Shown here in pieces: positions 1 to 9,462 of a stretch of DNA of 64,000 nt; the first letter of the stretch is position 1; every line of letters starts with the position of its first letter. The position numbers and the translations under genes are program-made. The notes beneath the pieces are model-generated. The model saw only the letters and a list, made by a program, of their open reading frames with translations. It was not told where the DNA came from and ran no database searches. The stretch spans positions 7,470 to 71,469 of the forward strand of contig JAFZXA010000080.1 in the NCBI GenBank assembly GCA_017617115.1, in the 5' to 3' direction. Source of the stretch: Treponema sp. Its GTDB lineage: Bacteria; Spirochaetota; Spirochaetia; Treponematales; Treponemataceae.

Positions 1-147
1 AACAGGTTCTTGAATTTCTACAATTTCTTCTTTAGATTTTTTATGTTCATCTGATTTTTCGGTAGATGTCGATGCACAAGATACTATAAATAAAGTGCAT
101 AAGCTTGCAATAAACGCTCTTTTTATAAACAATTTCCCTTTTTTCAT
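1..147 (-). CDS. 5' part of an exported or membrane-anchored protein (runs off window start)
   Basis: ATG at 147 (-); reads MKKGKLFIKRAFIASLCTLFIVVLCAST..., basic N-terminus plus hydrophobic stretch; open to position 1. Confidence 0.7.
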   Translation of the reverse strand, partial: MKKGKLFIKRAFIASLCTLFIVSCASTSTEKSDEHKKSKEEIVEIQEPV

Positions 148-231
148 AATAGAATATAATACCATATTTTTATATTATTTTACAATGGCAATTATTATAA
201 TTTTATTTTATAATAGAATCAGGGTGGAAAA

Positions 232-1398
232 ATGAACAGATGTACAAAAGCAACAATCTATAAAGATAACTTAAAGCATAACCTTGAACAAATTCGTAAA
301 TATGTAAAACCAGATGTAAAAATTTGTGTTGCAGTCAAAGCCGACGGCTATGGTCATAATGCGGTATTAACAGCCCAGCTTGCAGAAGAACTTGGAATTC
401 ATTTTCTTGCCGTTGCTACAGTTGATGAAGCGCTTGAACTTAGAAATGCCGGTATAAAAGCAAATATCCTTCTTTTGAGTATTTGTACTCCGCCCGAAAT
501 GAATGATCTTTTTGAATATAATATAACTCCGCTTGTTTTTAGCCATGAATATATAAACCTTCTTATAAAAACTTCTGATTTATTTTGTGAAACTCATAAT
601 GTTAATAAAAAATTTAAGGTTCATCTTGCAATAGATACTGGTATGGGCCGCATAGGATGTTATGCAGACGAAGCGGGGGAACAGGCAAAACTGATTTCTG
701 ATTCTGAACATCTTGAACTAGGAGGAATGTGTACTCATTTTGCAGTTTCCGACAGTCTAACAGATGATAATCAGGAATATACAAAAAAGCAGTATGAACA
801 GTTTAAGCTTGCCGTACAAAATGTAAAAGATTGTGGAATAAATCCGGGAATCTGTTCGTGTGCAAACAGTGCTGCAATTCTTAATAATGATGATATGCTT
901 TTTGACATGGTCCGCCCCGGAATTATAACTTACGGCTATTACCCTGATGATATTACAGAGCAATACTTAAAATCAAAAAATAAGGATTTTTCTTTAAAGC
1001 CTGTTCTTTCACTTGAAACTAAAGTTGTTGCAATAAAACATTTTTATAAAGGTCAGTCTGTTTCTTATGGCCGCACCTTTACCTGTGAACAAGACACAGA
1101 CATAGCAGTACTACCAATTGGTTATGCAGACGGTCTTTTAAGACGTTTTTCTCCTGGTCTTGAAGTTACAATCAACGGAAAAAATTATCCTGTGGTTGGA
1201 AGAATCTGCATGGATCAGTGCATGGTAAACATTGGCAAAAACAACAAAGAAGTAAAACTCTGGGATAAAGTTTTGATTTTTGGCCCCCGTGAAAGTGGAG
1301 CCTTGAATACGGCAGATGATCTGGCAAAACTTGGAAACACAATTTCATATGAAGTTCTTACGTCAATAACCAAGCGTGTTCAAAGGGTTATCGAATAA
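232..1398 (+). CDS. alr: alanine racemase
   Basis: PLP-lysine motif AVKADGYGH; DTGMGRIG, MVRPGI, PIGYADG, GRICMDQ, TISYEVLT. Confidence 0.97.
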   Translation: MNRCTKATIYKDNLKHNLEQIRKYVKPDVKICVAVKADGYGHNAVLTAQLAEELGIHFLAVATVDEALELRNAGIKANILLLSICTPPEMNDLFEYNITPLVFSHEYINLLIKTSDLFCETHNVNKKFKVHLAIDTGMGRIGCYADEAGEQAKLISDSEHLELGGMCTHFAVSDSLTDDNQEYTKKQYEQFKLAVQNVKDCGINPGICSCANSAAILNNDDMLFDMVRPGIITYGYYPDDITEQYLKSKNKDFSLKPVLSLETKVVAIKHFYKGQSVSYGRTFTCEQDTDIAVLPIGYADGLLRRFSPGLEVTINGKNYPVVGRICMDQCMVNIGKNNKEVKLWDKVLIFGPRESGALNTADDLAKLGNTISYEVLTSITKRVQRVIE

Positions 1399-1401
1399 TA
1401 A

Positions 1402-1516
1402 TTGTCACACGGATTCGGAATTGCTAACGCAATTCCATATAAAAAATAGACCCCGAAACAAGTTCGGGGTGACATATTAGAGAAACGACGTTAGTCGTTT
1501 CCAATCCGTGTGACAA
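1402..1516. repeat. composite palindromic (REPIN/MITE-like) element with 14-bp terminal inverted repeats and a nested REP-like hairpin
   Basis: TTGTCACACGGATT (1402-1415) / AATCCGTGTGACAA (1503-1516); internal hairpins at 1417-1436, 1448-1474 and 1482-1501; lies between convergent alr and folC. Confidence 0.85.
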
Positions 1517-1538
1517 ACCTTTATATGTTGAAATGTTT

Positions 1539-2873
1539 TTATATCATCATCATCTGTTTAACTTCTGATACAAGATAGAATGACCCTGTTACCAAAAGTA
1601 TGGTTCCGTTTTCTGCTGAATCTTCAAAGGCTTTAAGAATCATTTTTTTGTAGTCTGCATCTGCTGTAAAATCAATGCCGGCATTTTTAAATGCTTTTAT
1701 TTCTGCATCAATATCAGACTGTTTTTTGTTCCCTGGCTTTGTTACATAAACATGCTCAAATCTGTAGCGGAACTCCTTACTAATATCTTTAATATCCTTG
1801 TCTGCCGCACAGGCAAACAAAAGATTAACTTTTTTGTCATCGTACATTCGTCCAAGAGTTTCAAGTGTAAGCTTTATGCTGTTTAATGTATGAGCACCGT
1901 CAAGAACAAGGTGAGGAATACCTTCATAACCTTGTACCTTATCAATAATTTCAAATCGTCCCGGAAGTTTTGCCTTTGCTAGTCCTCGTTCAATAATTCC
2001 TTCATCAAGGTTTGGAAGAATTTTACGAATAGCAATTGCAGCCTGCGCCGCATTCAAAACCTGATGTTTACCAAGCATTCTAAGTTTTGTTTTTATAGGA
2101 CGGTTAAAAATATCGCTTTCAAGTTTAAGGCACATTGTTTTTTCTTCTTCGTTAAAACAATAGGTTGCCTTTTTAATAATTTCATCAACAAAATAACACG
2201 GAGCATGTCGGGTAAATGCCTTTTCTCGAAGAATTATTTTTACATTATCAGTCTGCTGGCGTGCAATTACAACAGGTGTGCAATTTTTAATTATACCTGC
2301 TTTTTCTGCAGCAATTTTTTCAAGAGTGTTTCCAAGAAACTCTGTGTGCTCAAGTTCAATTCCTGTAATACAGCAGAGCTTTGGACGGAGCACATTTGTT
2401 GCATCAAGGCGGCCACCCATGCCAACTTCAAAAACAGACCAGTCAACATTAGCCTGGCGAAAACACAAAAAGGCATACAGAGTAACAAGCTCAAACCAGG
2501 TTATAGGGCGGTCAGCAGGAAGATCAATTATGGAATCAATGTTCGGAACCATTTCTTTTACGGCCGCACGGTATATTTCGTCATCAAAAAATCCGTTTGG
2601 TTTGCAAATGCGTTCGCGGAAATCTGTTATATGAGGGGAGGCGTAAAGTCCTACATTATAACCTGCTTCTTCCAGGATGCAGGCAATCATGCGTGAAACA
2701 GAGCCTTTTCCTTTAGAACCGGCTACATGAATGCAGGGCGCAAAATCCTGAGGATTATCAAATCGTTTGCAGAGAAAATCTATGGTGTCGAGCCAGAAAA
2801 TGTCTTTTTTTGGATTGTTTTCAAAATTAAGATAGTCGTCCAGCCAGTCTTCAAAAACCTCAATCGCATTCAT
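1539..2873 (-). CDS. folC: folylpolyglutamate synthase/dihydrofolate synthase
   Basis: IHVAGSKGKGS P-loop, SPHITDFRERI, EVGMGGRLDATN, LDGAHT, TGSFYLV. Confidence 0.96.
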   Translation of the reverse strand: MNAIEVFEDWLDDYLNFENNPKKDIFWLDTIDFLCKRFDNPQDFAPCIHVAGSKGKGSVSRMIACILEEAGYNVGLYASPHITDFRERICKPNGFFDDEIYRAAVKEMVPNIDSIIDLPADRPITWFELVTLYAFLCFRQANVDWSVFEVGMGGRLDATNVLRPKLCCITGIELEHTEFLGNTLEKIAAEKAGIIKNCTPVVIARQQTDNVKIILREKAFTRHAPCYFVDEIIKKATYCFNEEEKTMCLKLESDIFNRPIKTKLRMLGKHQVLNAAQAAIAIRKILPNLDEGIIERGLAKAKLPGRFEIIDKVQGYEGIPHLVLDGAHTLNSIKLTLETLGRMYDDKKVNLLFACAADKDIKDISKEFRYRFEHVYVTKPGNKKQSDIDAEIKAFKNAGIDFTADADYKKMILKAFEDSAENGTILLVTGSFYLVSEVKQMMMI

Positions 2874-2934
2874 AGTGCTTTTATTATAATTGATTTTATG
2901 ATAATATGCTAGAAAATATTAAGAGGAATAAAAA

Positions 2935-4035
2935 ATGAGTGACGAAATTCAGTACACAGACATAAACAAAAGCTTTGAGGCTGCTCTTGAACGCAGTAAA
3001 AAAATTGAAGCAGAACTTACAAAAAATCCAAAGGCTTATCGAGTTTTAACAGGCGATCGTCCTACAGGACTTTTACATATAGGACATTATTTTGGTTCGC
3101 TTCAGAATCGTGTTCGTCTTGCAAATATGGGCGTTCCTACAATGATTTTGATTGCAGATTACCAGGTTTTAACAGACCACGATGCTTTTGATAAAATAAG
3201 CCAGAATACAAAACAGCTTGTAATTGACTACCTTGCAGCCGGAATTAACCCCGACAAGCAGGATGTTATTATTTATCCTCACAGTTATGTTCCTGAATGT
3301 AACCAGCTTATGATTCCGTTCCTTACACTTGTTTCGAATGCAGAGCTTAGCCGAAACCCGACTGTTAAAGAAGAAATTGAAAGTGCAGGGCTCAAGAATG
3401 TAAATGCCGGAATGTATACATATCCAGTTCATCAGGCCTGTGATATTTTGTTCTGCAAAGGAAATGTTGTACCTGTAGGTAAAGACCAGCTTCCACACCT
3501 TGAAATGACACGTACAATTGCAAGCCGCTTTAATAAAAAGTTCTGTACCGACATGGGAAAAGAACCGGTATTCCCAGAGCCACAGGCACTCCTTTCTAAA
3601 ACACCAATGATTCTTGGTCTTGACGGAAGCCAGAAAATGTCTAAGAGCCGCGGAAACGCAATTATGCTCAGTGCCACCGAAGATGAAACTGCAGCACTCA
3701 TTAAAAAAGCAAAAACAGACCAGGACAGAAACATTACTTATGATCCAATTAAACGACCTGAAGTTTCAAACCTTTTAATGCTTATTTCTCTTTGTACAGG
3801 TGAAGAACCAACTGCCATTGCAGCCAGAATTGGAGATGGTGGTGGCGGCGCCCTTAAGAACGAACTTACAGCAGCCTTAAACGAAAAGCTCCGCCCATTG
3901 CGTGAAGAAAGAAAACGCCTTGAAGCAGATCCTGAATATATTCGAAAGGTTCTTTTGGATGGTGCCCAGAAAGGAAGAGAAATTGGTATTAAGACACTGG
4001 AGCAGGTTAGAGACGTGATGAACATGTGTATATAA
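2935..4035 (+). CDS. trpS: tryptophan--tRNA ligase
   Basis: TGDRPTGLLHIGH (HIGH), YPVHQACDIL, VPVGKDQLPH, KMSKS. Confidence 0.97.
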   Translation: MSDEIQYTDINKSFEAALERSKKIEAELTKNPKAYRVLTGDRPTGLLHIGHYFGSLQNRVRLANMGVPTMILIADYQVLTDHDAFDKISQNTKQLVIDYLAAGINPDKQDVIIYPHSYVPECNQLMIPFLTLVSNAELSRNPTVKEEIESAGLKNVNAGMYTYPVHQACDILFCKGNVVPVGKDQLPHLEMTRTIASRFNKKFCTDMGKEPVFPEPQALLSKTPMILGLDGSQKMSKSRGNAIMLSATEDETAALIKKAKTDQDRNITYDPIKRPEVSNLLMLISLCTGEEPTAIAARIGDGGGGALKNELTAALNEKLRPLREERKRLEADPEYIRKVLLDGAQKGREIGIKTLEQVRDVMNMCI

Positions 4036-4036
4036 A

Positions 4037-4062
4037 AAGGCAGTAAATCTCTGTCTTTATTT
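4037..4062. terminator. probable bidirectional intrinsic terminator
   Basis: AAAGGCAG-taaatct-CTGTCTTT hairpin between convergent trpS and cca. Confidence 0.55.
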
Positions 4063-5424
4063 GTTTGCATTCTTTGCCACTTCCAGCAATTTTTCTTTTG
4101 TATTCATTCCCGGATCCTCAATAACACAATCTAGCAGGTGATTCAAAATAAGCCCAAGCTTCTTGCCGGCCGGAATACCTGCTTCAATTAAATCTTTACC
4201 GTTAACGGCTAAATCTTTAAGACTCAATGCATTGTTCTTTTCAAGCTCTGCCACTATGCGGTCTTTAAATTCAACAAGTAAATCAACTGCAGCACTGAAC
4301 TTGTAATTAACAGGCTTGTTATGCATACCGTACATATCGGCAAGTCGTAAATCAAACAAGTCGTTTATATGCTCCTGACCAACACGAATAATAAAACGTC
4401 TTACTGCCTGCACAGTCCAGTCCGGTGTGTAATTAAACATATGCTCACGAATCAAATGGCATACATTATCAATCATTACATTCGGAAATTTAAGTCGTGT
4501 TAGAATATCTTTTGTAATTTGCGCTCCGACTTTTTCGTGATTATAAAATGTTATGTTCCCGTCAATAATCTTTTTTGTCTGCGGCTTTGCAATATCATGA
4601 AAAAGGGCAGCGAGCCGTACATTAAGTTTTCCGGCCGGAGCTCCATCGCACGCATAAAAAAGATGATTAAGAACATCAAAATCATGAAAGCCGCGCTCAT
4701 CAGACTGAACACAGCCGTTGCATTCCAAAAGCTCTGGAATAAAAATTGCAAGCATTCCGGTCTGAAGTAAAAGCCAAAGTCCAAATGACGGCACATCACA
4801 ATCAAGGATTTTTTCAAATTCATCGCGGAATCGTTCAATAGAAATTGAAGCAATTTTCTTTTGAACATCTTTCTCGGAAAGTTCTAAAAATGTATACTTT
4901 TCTATACTAAAACCTAGTTTACAGGCAAAACGCACGCACCTTACAGGCCGCAGTCCATCTTCAATAAACCGTTCATGTGCCTTTCCTACAGTCCGGATTA
5001 TTTTTTTACGAATATCCTTACGACCACCAAACGGATCAACAACTTTCCCGTCCTTCAAATCTGCGGCAATTGCATTAATCGTAAAATCTCGGCGGGAAAG
5101 GTCTTCTTCAATTGTTGCAGCATAGTTTACCTTATCAGGATGTCTTCCGTCAGAATATCCGCTTTCGGTTCTGAAGGTTGTAACTTCAATTTCAAGTCCT
5201 TCAAAATGAACTGTTACAGTTCCATGTTCAAAGCCGGTTGGAATAACAGTTCTGAATAATTTCATAACATCCTGTGGAGTAGCGTTAGTGGCAACATCAA
5301 AATCATGAGGCTTTTTATGAAGAAAAATATCGCGTACAGCACCGCCAACAAGATAAGCCTTAAAGCCGGCAGCTTCAAAATGAGAATAAAAATCTTTTAA
5401 CACCGAATCAATTTTAATTTTCAT
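4057..5424 (-). CDS. cca: CCA tRNA nucleotidyltransferase / poly(A) polymerase family protein with HD domain
   Basis: LVGGAVRD, DFDVAT, EVTTFR, DLSRRDFTINA, ED.LR, LFHDIAKP; tRNA genes in the window lack encoded CCA. Confidence 0.88.
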   Translation of the reverse strand: MKIKIDSVLKDFYSHFEAAGFKAYLVGGAVRDIFLHKKPHDFDVATNATPQDVMKLFRTVIPTGFEHGTVTVHFEGLEIEVTTFRTESGYSDGRHPDKVNYAATIEEDLSRRDFTINAIAADLKDGKVVDPFGGRKDIRKKIIRTVGKAHERFIEDGLRPVRCVRFACKLGFSIEKYTFLELSEKDVQKKIASISIERFRDEFEKILDCDVPSFGLWLLLQTGMLAIFIPELLECNGCVQSDERGFHDFDVLNHLFYACDGAPAGKLNVRLAALFHDIAKPQTKKIIDGNITFYNHEKVGAQITKDILTRLKFPNVMIDNVCHLIREHMFNYTPDWTVQAVRRFIIRVGQEHINDLFDLRLADMYGMHNKPVNYKFSAAVDLLVEFKDRIVAELEKNNALSLKDLAVNGKDLIEAGIPAGKKLGLILNHLLDCVIEDPGMNTKEKLLEVAKNANK

Positions 5425-5819
5425 ATTCCCATTGCAATCCTGGTTATAACAGTTGAAAATCCAATCAAACCTGCGCCTATAATCAGTGTAAAAATATAAA
5501 AAATCACCGAAAAAAATGCAAAAGTTTTACGGTTTTTCATAAAAACAAATACAATTTCTATAACAATTCCAAAAAAAGACAGAATGCATAAAACTGCTGC
5601 TACAACACTTAAAACATTCAAAATCCTTAACTGAGTTTTGTCTGTAAAAGCCTGAAAATTCCCAATTATGTACAATGCAAAAAGTAAGAGGCAGATTAAG
5701 AAAACAAGAATGACAGAATTGCGCGTTAATTTTCCTAAAATTGAATAAGGAAAAGCACGTTTCTTTTTTGAGATTTTCTGATTTTCTTGTTGAGGCAATG
5801 CCTGTTTCTCTTGTTTCAT
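5421..5819 (-). CDS. hypothetical membrane protein (about 3 TM)
   Basis: 132-aa ORF with three hydrophobic segments; ATGA overlap with cca. Confidence 0.75.
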   Translation of the reverse strand: MKQEKQALPQQENQKISKKKRAFPYSILGKLTRNSVILVFLICLLLFALYIIGNFQAFTDKTQLRILNVLSVVAAVLCILSFFGIVIEIVFVFMKNRKTFAFFSVIFYIFTLIIGAGLIGFSTVITRIAMGI

Positions 5820-5893
5820 AAAGTTTGTATTGTTATAATATTACTGTATATTAATTTTTATTGCAAAGAGATTTGGAATCCCGGGGATTTGTG

Positions 5894-6466
5894 ATGAAGA
5901 ACTTTATATGTTTTTTAATACTTTTGATTTTTGGAGCATTTGTGTTTTTTATTGGATGGACACAAATCAGAGTAAAGCCCGGAACCATTGGAATTGTTCA
6001 GTCAAAAACAAGCGGTATAAGCAGTAAAATTGTAATTCCCGGAAAATTTTCATGGCACAAAGAATTTTTAATTCCTACAAATGCCCAGATAGAAAAATTT
6101 GAATATAAGCCTTATAACGGCACAAAAACAATTACCGGAAAACGAAGCGCCGGAGACTTTTCATTTACTTTCCAGATTTCACTTTCATACGAGCCCGAGC
6201 TTATTGCAGATCTTTTGCACGATAACAAAATCTCGAACCAGGAAGATTTTGAAAGTTATCTTGAAGGTGTTGCTTCCTATTTAGCACAAAGAACATCAGA
6301 CTATCTTATTACTAAGTTCAATACAACTCCATATTTTTCACCACAAAGCGTTACAATAAGCGAACTTGTTAGTGCTATTGCCTTCTACAAAGATTATCCG
6401 GACTTTGACATAAATGTTCTTTCAATTACAGATTACACTTATAACATGAATGAGGCTGCTTTATGA
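5894..6466 (+). CDS. hypothetical membrane-anchored protein (possibly SPFH-like)
   Basis: ATG 5894 preferred over TTG 5861; N-terminal TM then GWTQIRVKPGTIGIVQSKTSG; overlaps glgA start (ATGA). Confidence 0.7.
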   Translation: MKNFICFLILLIFGAFVFFIGWTQIRVKPGTIGIVQSKTSGISSKIVIPGKFSWHKEFLIPTNAQIEKFEYKPYNGTKTITGKRSAGDFSFTFQISLSYEPELIADLLHDNKISNQEDFESYLEGVASYLAQRTSDYLITKFNTTPYFSPQSVTISELVSAIAFYKDYPDFDINVLSITDYTYNMNEAAL

Positions 6467-8025
6467 AATTCTGGATTGTGAGTATGGAATGCGCAGGAAT
6501 TGCAGAAGCGGGTGGTGTAAAAAACGTTTCGTTTTCGCTGTGCAAGGAACTTTCTTTACTTGGTCATGAAGTAACTCTTTTTATACCGTATTTCAAATGT
6601 ACATCTTTAAAACTCATAAAAGATATTAACAAAGAACCGGAAGTTAGTCTTGAAGTTCCAATCTGCGCAAAAAATGAAACTGTTTCGTTCCAGAATGCAA
6701 TATGTACGCAGGGCAATTTCAATGTTATTTTTGTTCATCATCCATGTTACGAAGAAAAAGAAGGTGTTTATACTTACACAGCAAGTGAACAGGAAAAAAA
6801 TCCAACTTTTGTAAAAGGTTTTGGCCACAACGACACCCCTTTTATGGATTCACTTTTTGCAAAAGCAGTTAGTGCCTACGGTAATACTGTTTCAAAAGAA
6901 AAACTCCCTGATATTATTCACTGCCAGGATGCTTCATGTGCGCTTGTTCCTTGTTTTGCCCAGAAAAATGATGTTTTTAATAAAACAGCTTTTGTTGTAA
7001 CAATTCATAATGCAGGTCCAGCCTATCATCATAATTTTTCAAGTATTGGCGAAGCAGCGTGGTACACAGCATTACCGGAAGCAGAACTTGCAGGGGCTTT
7101 AAATGACCTGAAAGTAGAACCGTTTCTTCTTGCTGCAAATGCAGGCGCACATATTACTACTGTTTCTGAACATTATGCAAAAGAACTCATAGACCCGTTC
7201 AACATTGATGAAACTGAAGGTCTTTCCCCAATTTTCTTTAACCGCTACACAAACATCAAAGGCATTACAAACGGAATTGATTTTGAGCGTTATGATCCTA
7301 CAGACAAAAATGAATCGCATCTTCCGTTTGAATTTAATCCCGAAAAAGGGGAGCTGGAAGGAAAATTTAAATGCCGGGACTACTGCGTAGAGCATATTCA
7401 GTATTCGCAGATAGAAGGTGTAAAAACTTATGGAAATATAAATGTACGCCCTCAGGAAAAAGAAAATCAGATTTTTATTTCTTACCACGGACGTATTACA
7501 AACCAAAAGGGCATTTCTGTTTTAATAAAAGCAATTCCGGCTATCTTGAATAATTATGAAGGTGTCAAATTTATTATAGCAGGGCAGGGAGAAATTGCTT
7601 TTGAAAAAGAACTTGCCGAACTTTGTAACAGATTTTCGGGAAAGGTTATCTTCTTAAACGGCTATAACCGAGAAGCAGCACGCCTTGTTAATGCCATAGG
7701 CGACTTTATTGTATTGCCCAGTTTTTTTGAACCCTGCGGTCTTGAAGATTTTATTTCGCAGATATACGGCACCTTACCAATTGCCAATGCCACTGGTGGC
7801 TTAAACAAAATTATTGATTACGAAACAGGCTTTTTATACAAAAACAACAGCCCAGAAAACCTTATTGCCAAACTAAGTGAAGTAATTGCATTAAAACTTT
7901 ACAAACCCGAAAAAATCGAAGAAATGATTAAAAAAGCCGCCATTCACGTACACAAAAATTACCTGTGGCGTAGTGTTATCAATAATGAATATATGCCGTT
8001 CTTTGAAAGTATTTTGAAGAAATAA
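6463..8025 (+). CDS. glgA: glycogen/starch synthase (GT5)
   Basis: EAGGV variant of KxGGL, IIHCQD, TIHN, GITNGID, GRITNQKG, PSFFEPCGL, TGGL. Confidence 0.9.
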   Translation: MKFWIVSMECAGIAEAGGVKNVSFSLCKELSLLGHEVTLFIPYFKCTSLKLIKDINKEPEVSLEVPICAKNETVSFQNAICTQGNFNVIFVHHPCYEEKEGVYTYTASEQEKNPTFVKGFGHNDTPFMDSLFAKAVSAYGNTVSKEKLPDIIHCQDASCALVPCFAQKNDVFNKTAFVVTIHNAGPAYHHNFSSIGEAAWYTALPEAELAGALNDLKVEPFLLAANAGAHITTVSEHYAKELIDPFNIDETEGLSPIFFNRYTNIKGITNGIDFERYDPTDKNESHLPFEFNPEKGELEGKFKCRDYCVEHIQYSQIEGVKTYGNINVRPQEKENQIFISYHGRITNQKGISVLIKAIPAILNNYEGVKFIIAGQGEIAFEKELAELCNRFSGKVIFLNGYNREAARLVNAIGDFIVLPSFFEPCGLEDFISQIYGTLPIANATGGLNKIIDYETGFLYKNNSPENLIAKLSEVIALKLYKPEKIEEMIKKAAIHVHKNYLWRSVINNEYMPFFESILKK

Positions 8026-8029
8026 CCTA

Positions 8030-8058
8030 TTGACACAATTTTATATATTCACTAATAT
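8030..8058 (+). promoter_or_regulatory. sigma70 promoter for tRNA-Thr/tRNA-Tyr
   Basis: TTGACA (8030-8035), 17-nt spacer, TAATAT (8053-8058), 12 nt before the tRNA. Confidence 0.7.
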
Positions 8059-8070
8059 TTAATAACTCTT

Positions 8071-8143
8071 GCTGCTTTAGCTCAGTTGGTAGAGCACGTG
8101 ATTTGTAATCTCGGGGTCGTGGGTCCAAGTCCTACAAGCAGCT
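8071..8143 (+). tRNA. tRNA-Thr(TGT)
   Basis: GCTGCTT/AAGCAGC acceptor stem, GCTC/GAGC D stem, anticodon TGT 8104-8106; T-loop TCCAAGT (atypical C55); no encoded CCA. Confidence 0.92.
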
Positions 8144-8148
8144 TAAAA

Positions 8149-8230
8149 GGGGAGTTCGCATAGCGGCAATTGCAAGGGACTGTAAATCCCTCGGCTCACG
8201 CCTCCAGAGGTTCGAGTCCTCTACTCCCCA
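8149..8230 (+). tRNA. tRNA-Tyr(GTA)
   Basis: GGGGAGT/ACTCCCC acceptor stem, AGGGA-CTGTAAA-TCCCT anticodon arm, long variable arm, GGTTCGAGTCC; no encoded CCA. Confidence 0.96.
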
Positions 8231-8235
8231 GTAAA

Positions 8236-8264
8236 ATGACTGCCATTGTGCAGTCTTTTTTTTT
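8236..8264 (+). terminator. intrinsic terminator after the tRNA pair
   Basis: GACTGC-cattgt-GCAGTC followed by T9. Confidence 0.85.
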
Positions 8265-8267
8265 GGT

Positions 8268-8296
8268 TTGACAAATCCAAACCTATACCTTAAAAT
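8268..8296 (+). promoter_or_regulatory. sigma70 promoter for the MBL-mltG-dnaG-rpoD operon
   Basis: TTGACA (8268-8273), 17 nt, TAAAAT (8291-8296). Confidence 0.7.
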
Positions 8297-8329
8297 GATA
8301 ATAATTAACCAAAAATAAGAGGGGAAAAA

Positions 8330-9265
8330 GTGCTTATTCATTTTTGGGGAGTCCGGGGTTCTTTACCTACACCAATTACTCCTCATCAGGTCCAGTCAAA
8401 AATAATGGCAGCAGTTCAACGAATAACCGTTGACGATCTTAAGGACGAAGAATCACGTGCAAAATTTGTTTCATCACTCCCTTCCTGGATATTTGGTACA
8501 GCAGGCGGAAACACAACCTGTGTAGAAGTTAAATCACTTGGAAACGAACTTATTTTTGATGCAGGAACAGGAATCCGTGTTTTAGGAAAATCTGGAAATC
8601 TACCAAAAGACAACGTATATAATCTTTTCTTTACACACTTTCACTGGGACCACATTCAGGGCCTTCCATTTTTTGATGCCGCCTATAACCCAAACAGTGA
8701 GTTCAACATTTATTCAACTAACGAAAATACAAGAGAATTACTAGAACAGCAGATGAATCAGCCATATTATCCTGTTCCTTTTTCGGCATTAACAAAAAAA
8801 ATGAACTTTATGACTTTGGTTCCGGGAAACACAATAAATATCGGTAAAACTCAGGTTTTGTGCTGTCCAATGTCACATCCTGGAACTTCTTACAGCTATG
8901 CCGTAATTGAAGGAGACAAAAAGTTTGTTTTTGCAACAGATGTAGAGCTTAATTCCAAAGATTTTGACGATTCACCTCTTAAAGAACAGATTTTCAAAAA
9001 TGCAGACTGTCTTGTAATAGATTCACAGTACACAGCCGAAGAAGCATACCGCAAACAGAACTGGGGACATTCAGCTTTCTGTTATGCTGTAGATTTTGCA
9101 GTTCACTGGAAAATTAAAAATCTGTATCTTTTCCATCACGAACCAACTTACGATGACAAGAAGCTTTACTCAATTGTTCAGGCAGCACGCTGGTACGCCC
9201 AGTATATTGCTCACGAAGATATTAATATTGATCTTGCAAAGGAAGACATGGAAATTGAATTATGA
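8330..9265 (+). CDS. MBL-fold metallo-hydrolase
   Basis: FWGVRGS, GGNTTC, DAGTG, THFHWDHIQG (HxHxDH), WGHS, LFHHEP; GTG start after GAGGGG. Confidence 0.92.
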   Translation: MLIHFWGVRGSLPTPITPHQVQSKIMAAVQRITVDDLKDEESRAKFVSSLPSWIFGTAGGNTTCVEVKSLGNELIFDAGTGIRVLGKSGNLPKDNVYNLFFTHFHWDHIQGLPFFDAAYNPNSEFNIYSTNENTRELLEQQMNQPYYPVPFSALTKKMNFMTLVPGNTINIGKTQVLCCPMSHPGTSYSYAVIEGDKKFVFATDVELNSKDFDDSPLKEQIFKNADCLVIDSQYTAEEAYRKQNWGHSAFCYAVDFAVHWKIKNLYLFHHEPTYDDKKLYSIVQAARWYAQYIAHEDINIDLAKEDMEIEL

Positions 9266-9462
9266 TTCCAATGCGAGAACCAGATGAAAAAAAATTCACT
9301 TTATCATATAATTTTACTTCAAATGAAGTAGCAGCCCTTGCAAAATTCCTGCGTGATAATCAGGAAGCATTGCCGGATGGTCTAGAATACTTCTATAAGG
9401 CTCTTGAAGATTCAGTCTATAAATCTTTATCTTTAGATGAGGTAAAAAAATTCTACTCATGA
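9262..9462 (+). CDS. small hypothetical protein
   Basis: 66 aa, ATGA-coupled to both neighbours. Confidence 0.75.
   Translation: MIPMREPDEKKFTLSYNFTSNEVAALAKFLRDNQEALPDGLEYFYKALEDSVYKSLSLDEVKKFYS

Noticed and set aside
2064-2696. 210-aa ORF on + strand, and the many other short antisense or nested ORFs in the track
   Set aside because: Shadows of well-supported genes such as folC, with no independent evidence.
8132-8341. 69-aa ORF on - strand
   Set aside because: Antisense to tRNA-Tyr and its terminator and the downstream promoter.
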